The position numbers and the translations under genes are program-made. From the NCBI GenBank assembly GCA_965261005.1, contig OZ253375.1, positions 2,048,001 through 2,112,000 of the forward strand: a stretch of DNA of 64,000 nt. The letters are read 5' to 3'. Every line of letters begins with the position of its first letter. Position 1 is the stretch's first letter. The DNA is from Deinococcus sp. (GTDB lineage Bacteria; Deinococcota; Deinococci; Deinococcales; Deinococcaceae). Positions 16,527 through 28,928 of this stretch are shown one piece after another. The notes beneath the pieces were generated by a model that was not told where the DNA came from, ran no database searches, and saw nothing but the letters and a program-made list of their open reading frames with translations.

Positions 16527-19500
16527 TCAGCTTGTAAGCCTGAGCTTGAGGGTCACGATCTCGAAGGGGCGCAGCTGAACCTTCCAGCGGCCGTCCGCGA
16601 ACTCGGGCGGCTCGCCGCCGGGTTCCTCCAGCAGGTTGACGCGCTCCAAGTGCCGGACGCCCTCAAGCGTCAGCTCGCCCCGGTCGCCGTGCGGCTCGTA
16701 GAAGCGCAGGATCAGGTGGCCGTCGTCCTCGGCCCTTTTAAGGGCGCCCAGCATCACCGGCAGGCCGCCCAGCTTGAAGGGCGGGGCAAGCTCTCCTTCA
16801 CCCGGCGTCACCAAGAGCGGGCTGTTCAGGTCCAGCGCCTCCAGAACCGTGCCGCCGCGCGTCCAGTCCCCCGCGTGTGGGTACAGGGCGTAGCTGAAGC
16901 GCAGCTCGCCGAGGCCCGCCCCCGGATCGGGAAACAGCGGGGCGCGCAGCAGGGTCAGGCCCAGGGTGGACCCCAGCGCCGTGTGGGCGTAGAGGCCGTC
17001 GTTGAGCAAGCTGACGCCGTAATTCGGCTCGGACAGGTCCGCGAAGCGGTGGCCGCTAACCTCGAAGCGCGCGGCGTCGTAGGGGGTGTTGCGGTGGGTG
17101 GGCCGCTCTTGGGCGCCGTAGGCCGTCTCAAAGGTGGCCGAGGGGGCGCGCACGTTCAGCGGGAAGAAGGTCTTGACCAGGGTACGCTTCTCGCGCCAAT
17201 TCACGTAAGTCTGGATGTCCAGCCGGCGTGACCCCGCGTGCAAAAGGTAGGTCTGGGCGATCTCCGAATCGCGCCAGCGCCGCGTCACCCGCAGGGAGGC
17301 GCGCAGGGAGCCGGTTTCCGTCACCTCCACGCTCTGCGCGCTCAAATCCTCGCCGTTCTCCGCCCGCTGCACGTCGGCGTTCACGTCCCACGCTTCCCAA
17401 GCGCGCGGCACGTCGCGGAAGACGGTCAGGCGGTTGCCGGGACCGTTCAGCACCTCGCGCCCGGCCTCCTTGTCGTACACCCGCGTCAAAGTGCCGTCTG
17501 GGGCGACCTCCACCCGCAGCAAGTCATTTTCGAGGAGGGCGCCGCCGTTCTGAAGTTCCGCGCGCACGCCCGGCTTTGGGGAAGCTTCGCCGGCCCGCAA
17601 GTGCAGCGTCACGCCGCCCAGCGGGGGGACCAGCACCTCCGGCGCCCAGACCAGCAAGCCGTCCGAGACGGCTTGGGTTGGCAGCTCGCGCTCCCCCGCC
17701 CGGACGCTTCCCTCGGCTGACGGCAGCACGGCGCGCAGCGGGCGCGAATTCAACGACGGGTTGAAGACCGTGAAGGTGCCCTCTTCCGGCGTTGCCAGAT
17801 TTGCGAGGGCGAGGCAGCCCAGCCGCGTGGCCGTCTCCGCCACCCCGCCCAGCTCACGTTCCGCCACCTCGTACACCTCCCGAATCGAGGAGCCGGGCAG
17901 GATGTCGTGAAACTGGTTGAGCAGCAAAGTCTTCCAAGCGGCTTCCAACTCGGCGTGCGGGTAAGCTGTCCCTTTCAAAAAGGCGAGGCTGGCGGCCACC
18001 TCCGCCTCGGTCAGGCGCGCCTCCGCTTCGCGGTTCAGCCTCTTCACGCGGCCCTGGCTGGACAGGGTGCCCCGGTGCAGTTCCAGGTACAGCTCGCCCA
18101 CCCACAGCGGCAACCCTTGGCGCGGCAAGCTGGCGAAAAAGTCGTCCACCCGGGTGTGACGCAGCCTCGGGCTGGCCGGAAAGTCCGTGAGGCGCCCGAA
18201 CCTTTCCAGCATCTCCGCGCTGGGGCCGCCGCCGCCGTCGCCGTAGCCGTAGGTGAACAGGCTGGCCGGCGCCCCCCGCCGCCACACCGACAAATGCTTC
18301 CCCTTGAAGTTACCCCACACCTCGGCGGTGTGCCCCGGCGCGAGGTCGCCGTTGTAGGTGCCCAGGCCCGGCGCGCTGTACACGGTGTCCTTGAAGCAGT
18401 GGGCCAAGACCCGGCTGCCGTCCAGCCCCTCCCACAGGAACAGGTCGTGCGGAAAGTCGGTCGTCTCGTTCCAGTTGAGCTTGGTGGTGAAAAAATTCGG
18501 GATGCCCGCCCCGAGGAGCAGCTGCGGCAGGGCCGGCGTGAAGCCGAAGGTGTCGGGCAGCCAAGCGACCGTACTTCTGCGGCCGAACTTCTGCTGGAAG
18601 TAGCGCTGACCGTACAAGAGCTGCCGCGCCCAAGCCTCCCCGGAGGGCAGCTGCCCGTCCGGCTCCACCCACATGCCGCCCACCGCCTCTATTCTCCCCT
18701 CGCGCACGCGCTCCAGGATGCGGGCGAACAGCTCTGGCCGCTCCTCCAACCAGGCGTACAGCTGCGCCGAGGACTGGTTGAAGGTGAAGTCGGGAAAGCG
18801 GTCCATCAGCGCGAGAACCGTCTCGAAGGTGCGCTCCCCCTTGCGCCTCGTCTCGGCCACCGGCCACAGCCAGCCGAGGTCGAGGTGGGCATGCCCGCTG
18901 ACGGCCAGCTCGCCCAGGGGGGGAAACAAGGTCTTCAGTTGGTCGAGATGCTCGCGCAGAACCGCCCGAGCCGTCTTCACGGCCTCCAGCTGCGCCCCGT
19001 CTAAAGGGGTCGGCTCCGGCCGCTCCCCCGGCACGTTCCACAGGTCGGCCGCCTTCCAGCCGCCCACGTTCTCCAGCCGCGCCAGATATTCGTCCGCCGC
19101 GCTGGGCCAGGATAGGCCCGCCAGCGCGGTTTCGGCGGCGGCCAGCAAATGTGGGGCAACCTGTCCGCCCAGTGCCCCCGCCGCCTCTACGACCACCTCT
19201 AGATCGAGAATCAGCGCCCGCACCGCCTCCTCGGGCACGGCCAAGCGCGCGACCATCAGGCGCGGCGCCGCGTTGCGCGCGCCGAAGAGGTTCTTGGGCA
19301 CCGCCTCCACCCGAACCGTCACCCGCCCGCCGCCCGCCACCGGAAAGCGGCGGTGGTACGGGTTCAGGCCGCCGGCCAGCCCCGTCGAGAGCCGCACCAG
19401 CCCCTCGCCGCCCACGTCCAATTCCACCTCCACCGGTGAGCCGGCCCAAGTCGGCGGCACCTCGAACGCGGTCTCGAATACGGCGGGACCGCCGGAAACA

Positions 19501-19706
19501 CTTTGGTCCAGGACCGGCCACGGGTCGCCCAGGTGGATGGGCTGAGGTGACGAGCCGGGCGCCGTGAAGGTCCAGTCGCTCAGGTTCAGGCCAAAGCGGT
19601 CGCGCCAGCCGGCCAGCTCGCTCAGGCGCTGCCCCAGCCATTGCCGCCGCTGCTCGGGAGTGAGGTGCCAAGTGACGGAGGGCGGGCCGTGTTCGGGTGC
19701 GGACAT
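16527..19706 (-). CDS. Alpha-mannosidase, GH38
   Basis: GHAHLDLGWLW, WLPDTFG, YGYGDGGGGP, GELYLELHRG and NQFHDILPGSSI motifs. Confidence 0.95.
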   Translation of the reverse strand: MSAPEHGPPSVTWHLTPEQRRQWLGQRLSELAGWRDRFGLNLSDWTFTAPGSSPQPIHLGDPWPVLDQSVSGGPAVFETAFEVPPTWAGSPVEVELDVGGEGLVRLSTGLAGGLNPYHRRFPVAGGGRVTVRVEAVPKNLFGARNAAPRLMVARLAVPEEAVRALILDLEVVVEAAGALGGQVAPHLLAAAETALAGLSWPSAADEYLARLENVGGWKAADLWNVPGERPEPTPLDGAQLEAVKTARAVLREHLDQLKTLFPPLGELAVSGHAHLDLGWLWPVAETRRKGERTFETVLALMDRFPDFTFNQSSAQLYAWLEERPELFARILERVREGRIEAVGGMWVEPDGQLPSGEAWARQLLYGQRYFQQKFGRRSTVAWLPDTFGFTPALPQLLLGAGIPNFFTTKLNWNETTDFPHDLFLWEGLDGSRVLAHCFKDTVYSAPGLGTYNGDLAPGHTAEVWGNFKGKHLSVWRRGAPASLFTYGYGDGGGGPSAEMLERFGRLTDFPASPRLRHTRVDDFFASLPRQGLPLWVGELYLELHRGTLSSQGRVKRLNREAEARLTEAEVAASLAFLKGTAYPHAELEAAWKTLLLNQFHDILPGSSIREVYEVAERELGGVAETATRLGCLALANLATPEEGTFTVFNPSLNSRPLRAVLPSAEGSVRAGERELPTQAVSDGLLVWAPEVLVPPLGGVTLHLRAGEASPKPGVRAELQNGGALLENDLLRVEVAPDGTLTRVYDKEAGREVLNGPGNRLTVFRDVPRAWEAWDVNADVQRAENGEDLSAQSVEVTETGSLRASLRVTRRWRDSEIAQTYLLHAGSRRLDIQTYVNWREKRTLVKTFFPLNVRAPSATFETAYGAQERPTHRNTPYDAARFEVSGHRFADLSEPNYGVSLLNDGLYAHTALGSTLGLTLLRAPLFPDPGAGLGELRFSYALYPHAGDWTRGGTVLEALDLNSPLLVTPGEGELAPPFKLGGLPVMLGALKRAEDDGHLILRFYEPHGDRGELTLEGVRHLERVNLLEEPGGEPPEFADGRWKVQLRPFEIVTLKLRLTS

Positions 19707-20080
19707 GGGTTAAAGCCTAACCCTTCGGCGAAGCCGGGTGGGATGTTTAACTATTGTCAAAAGCTCATGTTTTTGCTGGCAGGCATTAACATGTTGAGCT
19801 ATTCTAGATCATCTCAGAAGTTTATAAATAATTTGGATCGATATGAATAGTGTTAAGATAATTCAAAAATATTATTATTGTTAGGGAGTGCCAAGCAGCC
19901 TTTTGAAGCCGCCTCTAACTTTTCTGCTTCCGACGTATCCAACCTTAGAAAACGCTGTGTAGAAGGGCCGCTGAAGAAGTGATGGCTGTAGCGACACAAG
20001 GGCGTTAAAAGAGTTCTGGTGGCTCGCTTATCCCCATGATTCGGAGGGACGTACGGGACACATCCAACACCTTAAAAGCA

Positions 20081-20106
20081 AAAACCCCGTCTCACACGGG
20101 GTTTTC
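20081..20106 (-). terminator. Intrinsic terminator after tRNA-Lys
   Basis: AAAACCCCGT...ACGGGGTTTT hairpin with a T run on the minus strand. Confidence 0.75.
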
Positions 20107-20108
20107 TG

Positions 20109-20184
<76 letters not shown>

Positions 20185-20222
20185 AGCCCACCAATGTAAG
20201 GCATCCCTTTCGGGCACCCGGC

Positions 20223-20251
20223 AGTATAGGCAGGCGTGAAAGGGGTGTCAA
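20223..20251 (-). promoter_or_regulatory. Sigma70-type promoter of tRNA-Lys
   Basis: TTGACA-N17-TATACT on the minus strand. Confidence 0.85.
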
Positions 20252-20270
20252 CCGAGCTTGAGCCAAAATT

Positions 20271-21617
<1,347 letters not shown>

Positions 21618-21685
21618 AGCTTTACGCTAGCACGGCCCTCAGACTGACCCAGGAAGGTTGGCACGTTGGGTGGAGGGTGACCCCC

Positions 21686-21823
21686 GCCGGGGCGGGCGCG
21701 GGCTTGGCCGCCGCCTTCAACGCGCCGCTGGCCGGGATGGTCTTCGCGCTGGAGGAGGTGCAGCGCGACTTCACGCCGGCCGTGTTCACCAGTGCCCTGC
21801 TCGCCTCCGCCAGCGCGGACGCT
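21686..21823 (+). pseudogene. Internal fragment of a ClC chloride/proton antiporter
   Basis: Manual translation AGAGAGLAAAFNAPLAGMVFALEEVQRDF, the ClC helix H-I signature. No start and no rest of gene. Confidence 0.8.
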
Positions 21824-21830
21824 GTACCCC

Positions 21831-21861
21831 TTGACCCTCTCGTTGCGTGACGGTTTAGGCT
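21831..21861 (+). promoter_or_regulatory. MerR-type promoter/operator
   Basis: TTGACC-N19-TAGGCT with dyad ACCcTCtCG-ttg-CGtGAcGGT in the long spacer. Confidence 0.8.
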
Positions 21862-21880
21862 GGAAGCGGGAGGTGAAAAC

Positions 21881-23410
21881 GTGTACTTCAAGATCGGCGA
21901 GGTGGCGCGGCGCACGGGGCTGAGCGTCCGCACCCTGCGGCATTACGACGCGCTCGGCCTGCTCAGGCCGACCGGGCGCAGCCAAGCGGCGTACCGGCTA
22001 TACTCGCCGGCCGACCTGATTAGACTGCTCCACATTCAAAGCTTGAAGTCGTTGGGGCTGAGCCTGGCGGAAATCGGTCGGGCGCTCGACGACCCCATGT
22101 ACGACGCGCAGAGTGTCCTTCGGCAGCACATCGCGCTGCTGGAGCGCCGCGTTTTGCAGGAGCAGGCCTTGCTGGACCGACTTCGCACCTTACAAGGGGT
22201 GGCCGAGGTGGGCTGGAGAGAGGTCGCCGAGGTCATTCAACTGACAGAGCGTGTCGAAAAGCGGGTGAGGCAATTCATGCAGGTCGCCCAGGACATCACG
22301 GGCGAGGTCACGCTGAGCGGCGAGCAGCGGGCGCACATGCAGGACCGGCTGGCACAGCCCAGCGGCGAGGATTGGCCGCACCTCCTCACGGACGTCTTCA
22401 CCGCGCTGGAGCGGCGCGTGGCGCCCAGCTCACCGGCCGCGCGGCACCTCGCCCGCCGCTGGAACGCCTTGGTAGGGGATTCCACCGGAGGTCGCGCCGA
22501 CATCGCCGACGCCCTGGGCAGCGCCTACCGGCGGCACCTTCCGACCGAATTGCAAAGCGTCTGGGCCTTTGTTACAGACGCCATGCAGCACCTGATCTCT
22601 GGAGTTCCCATGACCACCGTTCCGAACCAAACCCGGCTGGCCGACCTCGGGCACCCGGACAAGAACATTTGCATTCGCGCCGCCCTCGACTTAGGCGCCG
22701 CAAGGCAGCTGGACGCCCTGCCGGAACTGCTGGGGAGGCTGACTTGTGAAACGGACTTCTTCGTGCGGGAAAACCTGACCTGGGCTGTGACCCGCATGGG
22801 TGAGGCTGCCTTATCAGAGTTGCTGAAGCTACTGGAACACCCGGACGCGGCGGCCCGCTTGCAGGCGGTGCATACCCTCGGCAAAATCGCCGATTCCCGC
22901 GCCACGGCCGCCCTGCTCTGCGCCGTGAACGACGCCGACGCCGAGGTGGCCCGCAAGGCCATCTTCGCGCTCGGGCAGCTGAGGAGTCCGCAGGCGCTGG
23001 CCGTGCTGGTCGCCGGGTTGGGTCAGGCGGACGCTGAGCGGCGCAACACCCTCAGCACCGCCCTTGAGGGTTTCGGTATGACCGCCGTCGCGCCCCTGGT
23101 GGACGCTCTGCGAGGGGCGCAAGCGGGCGTGCGGGCACACGCGGCGGACATCCTCGGCCTGCTGGGTGATCCCGAAGCCGTGCCCGCGCTCGCCGGCGCG
23201 TTGAAGGACGGTGATTGGGACGTGCGCTTCGCGGCCCTCAGCGCCCTCGGACACCTGCCGGGCGCGGCGGCCGACGCAGCCATAGAACGGGCAGCTCAAG
23301 ACGCCGACGCCAAACTGCGCGCCGTAGCCTCACGCCTGCAAACGGATCGCCAAAAGGCGCATCCACCTTCAGCAAGAATTGGCCGGAAAGGGTCCGGTGC
23401 ACCGCCTTGA
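21881..23410 (+). CDS. MerR-family regulator with TipAS-like domain fused to HEAT repeats
   Basis: KIGEVARRTGLSVRTLRHYD; P.SPAARHLARRW..L...TGG; multiple HEAT/PBS units (DFFVRENLTWA, DWDVRFAALSALG). Confidence 0.85.
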   Translation: MYFKIGEVARRTGLSVRTLRHYDALGLLRPTGRSQAAYRLYSPADLIRLLHIQSLKSLGLSLAEIGRALDDPMYDAQSVLRQHIALLERRVLQEQALLDRLRTLQGVAEVGWREVAEVIQLTERVEKRVRQFMQVAQDITGEVTLSGEQRAHMQDRLAQPSGEDWPHLLTDVFTALERRVAPSSPAARHLARRWNALVGDSTGGRADIADALGSAYRRHLPTELQSVWAFVTDAMQHLISGVPMTTVPNQTRLADLGHPDKNICIRAALDLGAARQLDALPELLGRLTCETDFFVRENLTWAVTRMGEAALSELLKLLEHPDAAARLQAVHTLGKIADSRATAALLCAVNDADAEVARKAIFALGQLRSPQALAVLVAGLGQADAERRNTLSTALEGFGMTAVAPLVDALRGAQAGVRAHAADILGLLGDPEAVPALAGALKDGDWDVRFAALSALGHLPGAAADAAIERAAQDADAKLRAVASRLQTDRQKAHPPSARIGRKGSGAPP

Positions 23411-23460
23411 GCGCTATGACCACTTCTTTCCCTACGATATTCAGGACGTTGGTGGGACTG

Positions 23461-23622
23461 ATACGAACTTAAGATGAGTCGAAGACGAATCCGAGCGGGC
23501 AGGCCCGATAGGTGCCGTTCTGCCCAAGACGCGGAGCGAGTACAAGAAAATACGGGATAGCGACGATGGAAATCTATGTTGGTGCTTTTCCAACATAGGT
23601 TGGAATCAAAGCAATCCCGTAT
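23461..23622. repeat. SNR/SRE-like repeat, inverted copy of 5753-5916
   Basis: Alignable end to end with the reverse complement of 5753-5916. Confidence 0.85.
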
Positions 23623-23788
23623 GAGGTGGTTGATTTCACGGGCGTGAACGTGGACGGCACGCAGGGCAAAATCCGCATCTTTCCGGGGTATCTCGCCGAG
23701 CAGGGTTGCTTCCAGCAATACGCCAAGCAGCTTCACTGACTTTTTCAAAAGCCGCCCCTCTCTTTTCGCGCCGCCTTACACTTCCCGC

Positions 23789-24945
23789 ATGGTCATGAAC
23801 GCCCTCTTGCTGCTGGTGCCGGTCTCGCTGGCACTGGAGTACCTGGTTCATGCCCCGCCGCTGTGGGTGTTCGCGGCCTCCGCCCTCGCCATCGTGCCGC
23901 TGGCCGATTGGCTGCGCCGGGGGACCGAGCAGGTGGCCGCCGTGGCGGGGCCGTCCATCGGGGGGCTGCTGAACGTCACCTTCGGCAACGTGGCCGAGCT
24001 GATCCTGGCGATCTTCGTGTTGATAGGCGGCAGCACGGCGGTCGTCAAGGCGCAGATCACCGGCTCCATTATCGGCAACGCCCTGCTGGGCCTGGGCCTC
24101 GCCATTGTGGTGGGCAGCTTTGGGCAGGGGCGGCTCACCTTCAAAAAGGTGCAGGCCGGGCAGCTCTCGACCATGCTGTTCCTGACGGTGATCGCGCTGC
24201 TGCTGCCGGCCTTATTTGACTACACCGAGCAGATTCCCACCTTCGCGGCCCCCGGCGGCGTCAGGAGCAACCTCGACGAGTCCCTGAGCCTCGGCGTGTC
24301 GGTCGTGCTGATTCTGGTGTACGCCCTCAACTTGGTCTACACCCTGATCACGCACAAGGACGTGTTCGCCCTTGAAGGCGGCGAGGACCCCGAGCGGCCC
24401 TGGCCGGTGTGGCTCGCCCTGGGCGTGCTGCTCGCGGGCACGGCCCTGATCGCGCTGGAGTCGGAATTGGTCTCGGGCGCCCTGGAGGCGACCTCTTCGC
24501 AGCTCGGGCTGACGCCGTTTTTCCTGGGCATCGTCGTGCTGGCCGTGATCGGCAACGCCGCCGAGTTCCTGAGCGCCAGCTACTACGCCAGGCGGCGCCA
24601 GATGGGCGTGGCCGTCAGCATCGTGCTGGGCGGCACCGTGCAGGTGGCCCTCTTCACCGCGCCGCTGTTGGTGCTGATCTCGTACTTCATAGGCCACCCC
24701 ATGAACCTGGTCTTTTCCAGCCCGCTGGAGCTGATCGCGGTGGTGGCGGTCGCCCTGACGGTCACGGCGGTCACCCGCGACGGCGAGACCACTTGGTTCG
24801 AAGGCGTGCTGCTGCTGGCGGTGTACGCGCTGCTGGCCCTGGCCTTTTTCTTCGTGACGCCGGGGGAGGCGGGGGGGCAGGAGGGTAGGGGCGGGTTTCA
24901 AACCCGCCCCTACGTGGCCCACGCGGTGTTGCCGGCGCCGTCCCG

Positions 24946-24961
<16 letters not shown>
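23789..24961 (+). CDS. cax: Ca2+/H+ antiporter
   Basis: [23 protein letters not shown] and GNAAE motifs. The C-terminal tail past ~24888 is doubtful. Confidence 0.93.
24885..24913. repeat. GTAG-type REP-like palindrome
   Basis: GTAGGGGCGGGTTT-C-AAACCCGCCCCTAC, perfect 14-bp arms. Confidence 0.75.
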
Positions 24962-25785
<824 letters not shown>

Positions 25786-25859
25786 GCGGCCACCCTAAAG
25801 CATTTTGGGGAAGGACCGGCAAGCTTGCCGGTCCCTCCCCAGTTGAAGAACGGCCCGCC

Positions 25860-26999
25860 CTACTTGTCCGCTGGCGCGAGGTTGCGAATCAGGTAGACGT
25901 TGTCTTGATAATCAAAGTTGATGCCGGCGCGGTCCACCGCCAAAATGTAGGTGTTCGCCTGACCGTCCACCGGCCAAAAGCGCAGATGTTGCCCGCACGG
26001 ATCCACGCAGCCGGCCTTGTGGTCCTTGGTGGCGTCGTTCAGGGCCGGGTCGCTGAAGTCGCCGGGCGCGCCGCCCGTGATGGTCACGTTGAGTCCGAAG
26101 GCGCCCGCCGGCGTAAAGCGGCCCGCCGCGAGCTGGCCGTCCGCCTGCTTTGGTAAGAGGGTCTGGTTTTCGTGGTCGGCGTGCGCGGTCACGGGCGTCA
26201 GGTCGTCGCTTTTCCCCTGCGCGTACCAAGACAGGGTGGCCGCATAGATACCCTCGTAGGCCGCGATTTCCTGAACGGTCACCAGCTGGCCCGCGCCCGC
26301 CGCCCGCCAATACGCCGAGATGACCTCGCCGCCCTGCGCCTTCACGGCGCCGCGCTGGTTGATCGCCACGTCGCCGCCGTCGTCCTTGCCGCTGGGCCGG
26401 CCGCTTTGGTCGGCGGCGTGCAGCGTGACGGGATAGCCGAAGGTGTCGAGAATCTGCGGCAAGCTGGGTTCGCTGTAGCGGTTCTGCGCGTCACGCTCCG
26501 GCGCGCTTTGCCACAAGCCCGCCAGGTTCACGCTCAGGCGCGGCGTGCTGGGATCGTCGGAGACGACGGTCAGCATACCGTCGCTTTGCGCGACCGCTTG
26601 GTCGGCCGCCGTTTGATCAGTTGGCCCGTCTGCGACAAAGCGGAGCGGCAGGTCCAGGTGCCCGCCGGCGGGCACGCTCAGGGGCAAGCGAATGTCCGCG
26701 TCCAGCTTCCACGGCCCGCTGATGGGGAGGGCGGAGACGTGCAGGGGGGCGGCGCCGGCGTTGACGACGCGCAGGGCGACTTGATCGTGAATGGCGCTGC
26801 TACCCGGGGCGCCGATACGGCTGAAGACCAGGCGGGCGGCGGAAGGCAGGCTGTCCGGGTTTTCCAGCGTGACGCGCGGCGTCTTGGCCGGTCCTTGTGA
26901 GGCGCTCCGCTCGGTTTGGCCGGTGGCGGTGCAGGCGACCAGGCCCGCCAGCAGGCCCGCCAGCGCGCCCGCGCGAATCAGGGGATGAGGTGTGGCCAT
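25860..26999 (-). CDS. Hypothetical lipoprotein with Ig-like/ASH-like domain
   Basis: Lipobox LVAC; VVNAGAAPLHV...SDDP motif; C-terminal NFDYQDNVY. Confidence 0.7.
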   Translation of the reverse strand: MATPHPLIRAGALAGLLAGLVACTATGQTERSASQGPAKTPRVTLENPDSLPSAARLVFSRIGAPGSSAIHDQVALRVVNAGAAPLHVSALPISGPWKLDADIRLPLSVPAGGHLDLPLRFVADGPTDQTAADQAVAQSDGMLTVVSDDPSTPRLSVNLAGLWQSAPERDAQNRYSEPSLPQILDTFGYPVTLHAADQSGRPSGKDDGGDVAINQRGAVKAQGGEVISAYWRAAGAGQLVTVQEIAAYEGIYAATLSWYAQGKSDDLTPVTAHADHENQTLLPKQADGQLAAGRFTPAGAFGLNVTITGGAPGDFSDPALNDATKDHKAGCVDPCGQHLRFWPVDGQANTYILAVDRAGINFDYQDNVYLIRNLAPADK

Positions 27000-27102
27000 A
27001 CGACTCCTTTGCGGCGGTAAAAGGCACGCCGCCCCAGTACCATGCTGGGTGGGGCGTAACCGTATCGTTGCAGACCCCGGGAATGCTGTTTGGCGCACGA
27101 TT

Positions 27103-28674
27103 TTAAGGCTTGGCCGTCTCGCTCAGGTCGGTCAAGCCGTACTCCACCCCGTCGAGCAGCGCGGTCCAGACGGCCCTCACCACGTCCTGGTCAATGCCGA
27201 CGGTGGTCCACTCGCGCCCGCCGTCCTGGAAGGTCGCGGTCACGCGCACCAGGGCGCGCTCCAAGTTGCGCACCCTGATGGCGCCCAGCCGAAGCCTGCC
27301 CGCCAACGCGCGAACGTCCGGCAAGGCGCGCAGCGCCTCCAACAGCACCGCGAACAGCGCCTCCACCGGCCCCGCGCCCTCGGCGGCGACGTACAGCGTC
27401 TCGCCGTCCGCGCGCACCTTGAGGCTCGCCTCCACGACCGCCTGATTCAGGCCGCGAATCACCTCGAACAGCCGCAGCCGCTCGACGTTCAAGCGCGGCG
27501 CGGCGGCCCCGGTCAGGGTGGCGAGGCGCCATTGCAAGCTGGCGGGGGCGTCTTCATAGGTATAGCCTTGGTCCTCTAGCCCCTTTAGGACGCCCAGGAT
27601 ACGGGCGTTGGCCGCCGAGTCCCCCGACAAGTCCACCCCGAAGTCGCGCGCGATCTCTTGCAGGTAGGTGGGCCGCGTCAGGCCGGGCAGCAGCAGGCGG
27701 CGGGTGTTGCCGACCGCTTCCGGCGCGATGGCCTCGTAAGCTTCCGGGGCGCTCAGGACGGCGGCCACGTGGGTTTGGGTCTTGTGGGCGAAGACCTTGC
27801 GGCCCACCACCGGGTGGTGGTCCATCTGCTCGCCCAAGCCCACCATTTCGGCCACCCGCCGCGCCACGTCCGAGAGGCGCGCCAGCTGTTCGTCCGACAC
27901 GACCTCGGAACCCAGCTTCAGCTTCAAAATCGGCAGCAGCGTGTCGAGGTCGGTGATCCCCGTGCGCGCGCCGTAGCCGTTCACCGTCGCCTGCACGTGC
28001 TGCGCGCCGGCGTCCAGGCCCGCCAAGGTGTTGGCGAGGGCCAGGCCCAAATCGTCGTGCAAGTGCAGGCCGATCACCGTGTCCCCCAGCAGCTCGCGCG
28101 CCGCCAGCACGCCCTCGCGCACCAGCCCTGGCAAGCTGGCCCCGTTGCTGTCTCCCAGGCTGAGAATGTCCGCCCCGCTTTCAAACGCCGCGCGCAAATT
28201 GGTGAGGGCGTAGTCGCGGTCGGCGCGGTAGCCGTCGAAGAAGTGTTCGGCGGTGTAGATCACCTCGCGCCCGGCCTCCTTCATCAGGGTCACGCTGTCG
28301 CGCAGCATCGCCAAATTCTCCGCCTTGGTGGTGCCCAGCACCTTTTCCACGTGCAGGGTCCAGACCTTGCCGTAGAGGTGAACGACGGGGGCGTTCGTCT
28401 CCAGCAGCAGCCGCATCCCCTTGTCGCGCTTGACGGGCGTCTCGGGCCGCCGGGTGGCGCCGAAGGCGGTCAGCTTGGCTTGTAAGTTCAATTCGGGCGC
28501 CCGCTCGAAAAAGGCCAGGTCCGCCTCAAAGACGGCGGGCCAGCCGCCCTCCAGGTACTGCACGCCCAGGGAATCGATCAAAGGGGCCAGCCTCAGCTTG
28601 TCCTCCACGCTGAGGTTGATGTCCTCGGTCAGGGCGCCGTCGCGCAGGGTGGTGTCAAGAATGGTGAGGGTCAT
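27103..28674 (-). CDS. cimA: Citramalate synthase (LeuA-like)
   Basis: DTTLRDG, YLEGGWP, AEHFFDGY and HLHDD motifs plus a LeuA regulatory domain. Confidence 0.85.
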   Translation of the reverse strand: MTLTILDTTLRDGALTEDINLSVEDKLRLAPLIDSLGVQYLEGGWPAVFEADLAFFERAPELNLQAKLTAFGATRRPETPVKRDKGMRLLLETNAPVVHLYGKVWTLHVEKVLGTTKAENLAMLRDSVTLMKEAGREVIYTAEHFFDGYRADRDYALTNLRAAFESGADILSLGDSNGASLPGLVREGVLAARELLGDTVIGLHLHDDLGLALANTLAGLDAGAQHVQATVNGYGARTGITDLDTLLPILKLKLGSEVVSDEQLARLSDVARRVAEMVGLGEQMDHHPVVGRKVFAHKTQTHVAAVLSAPEAYEAIAPEAVGNTRRLLLPGLTRPTYLQEIARDFGVDLSGDSAANARILGVLKGLEDQGYTYEDAPASLQWRLATLTGAAAPRLNVERLRLFEVIRGLNQAVVEASLKVRADGETLYVAAEGAGPVEALFAVLLEALRALPDVRALAGRLRLGAIRVRNLERALVRVTATFQDGGREWTTVGIDQDVVRAVWTALLDGVEYGLTDLSETAKP

Positions 28675-28711
28675 GGGGTGAGCCTACCCGTTTGGACGGG
28701 GGCGTTTTCAT

Positions 28712-28888
28712 CTAGAGCATTTGTCAATTCTATTGCGCGACTTCGGCTCCGCGTCTTGGGCAGAACGGCACCTATCGGGCCTGCCCGCCTACGTCGCTCC
28801 ATGCCATTGCCAAACGCCCGCCTGTTGCTACTCGTTCCACTCGGGAAGTATTGAGAAGAGCACTCAATACTTCTGACAAACGCTCTGG
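28712..28888. repeat. SNR-like element with CTAGAGCATTTGTCA/TGACAAACGCTCTGG ends
   Basis: Terminal inverted repeats. Shares modules with 5753/23461 and with 52936-53063. Confidence 0.8.
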
Positions 28889-28928
28889 GCACGCTTGTAG
28901 CGATCTGTGCCGCGTGCGATCTTGGCGC

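Noticed and set aside
23296..23748. 150-aa minus ORF starting KSVKLLGV (DinB-like tail?)
   Set aside because: It runs through a repeat and antisense to the MerR gene, and the motif is too weak.
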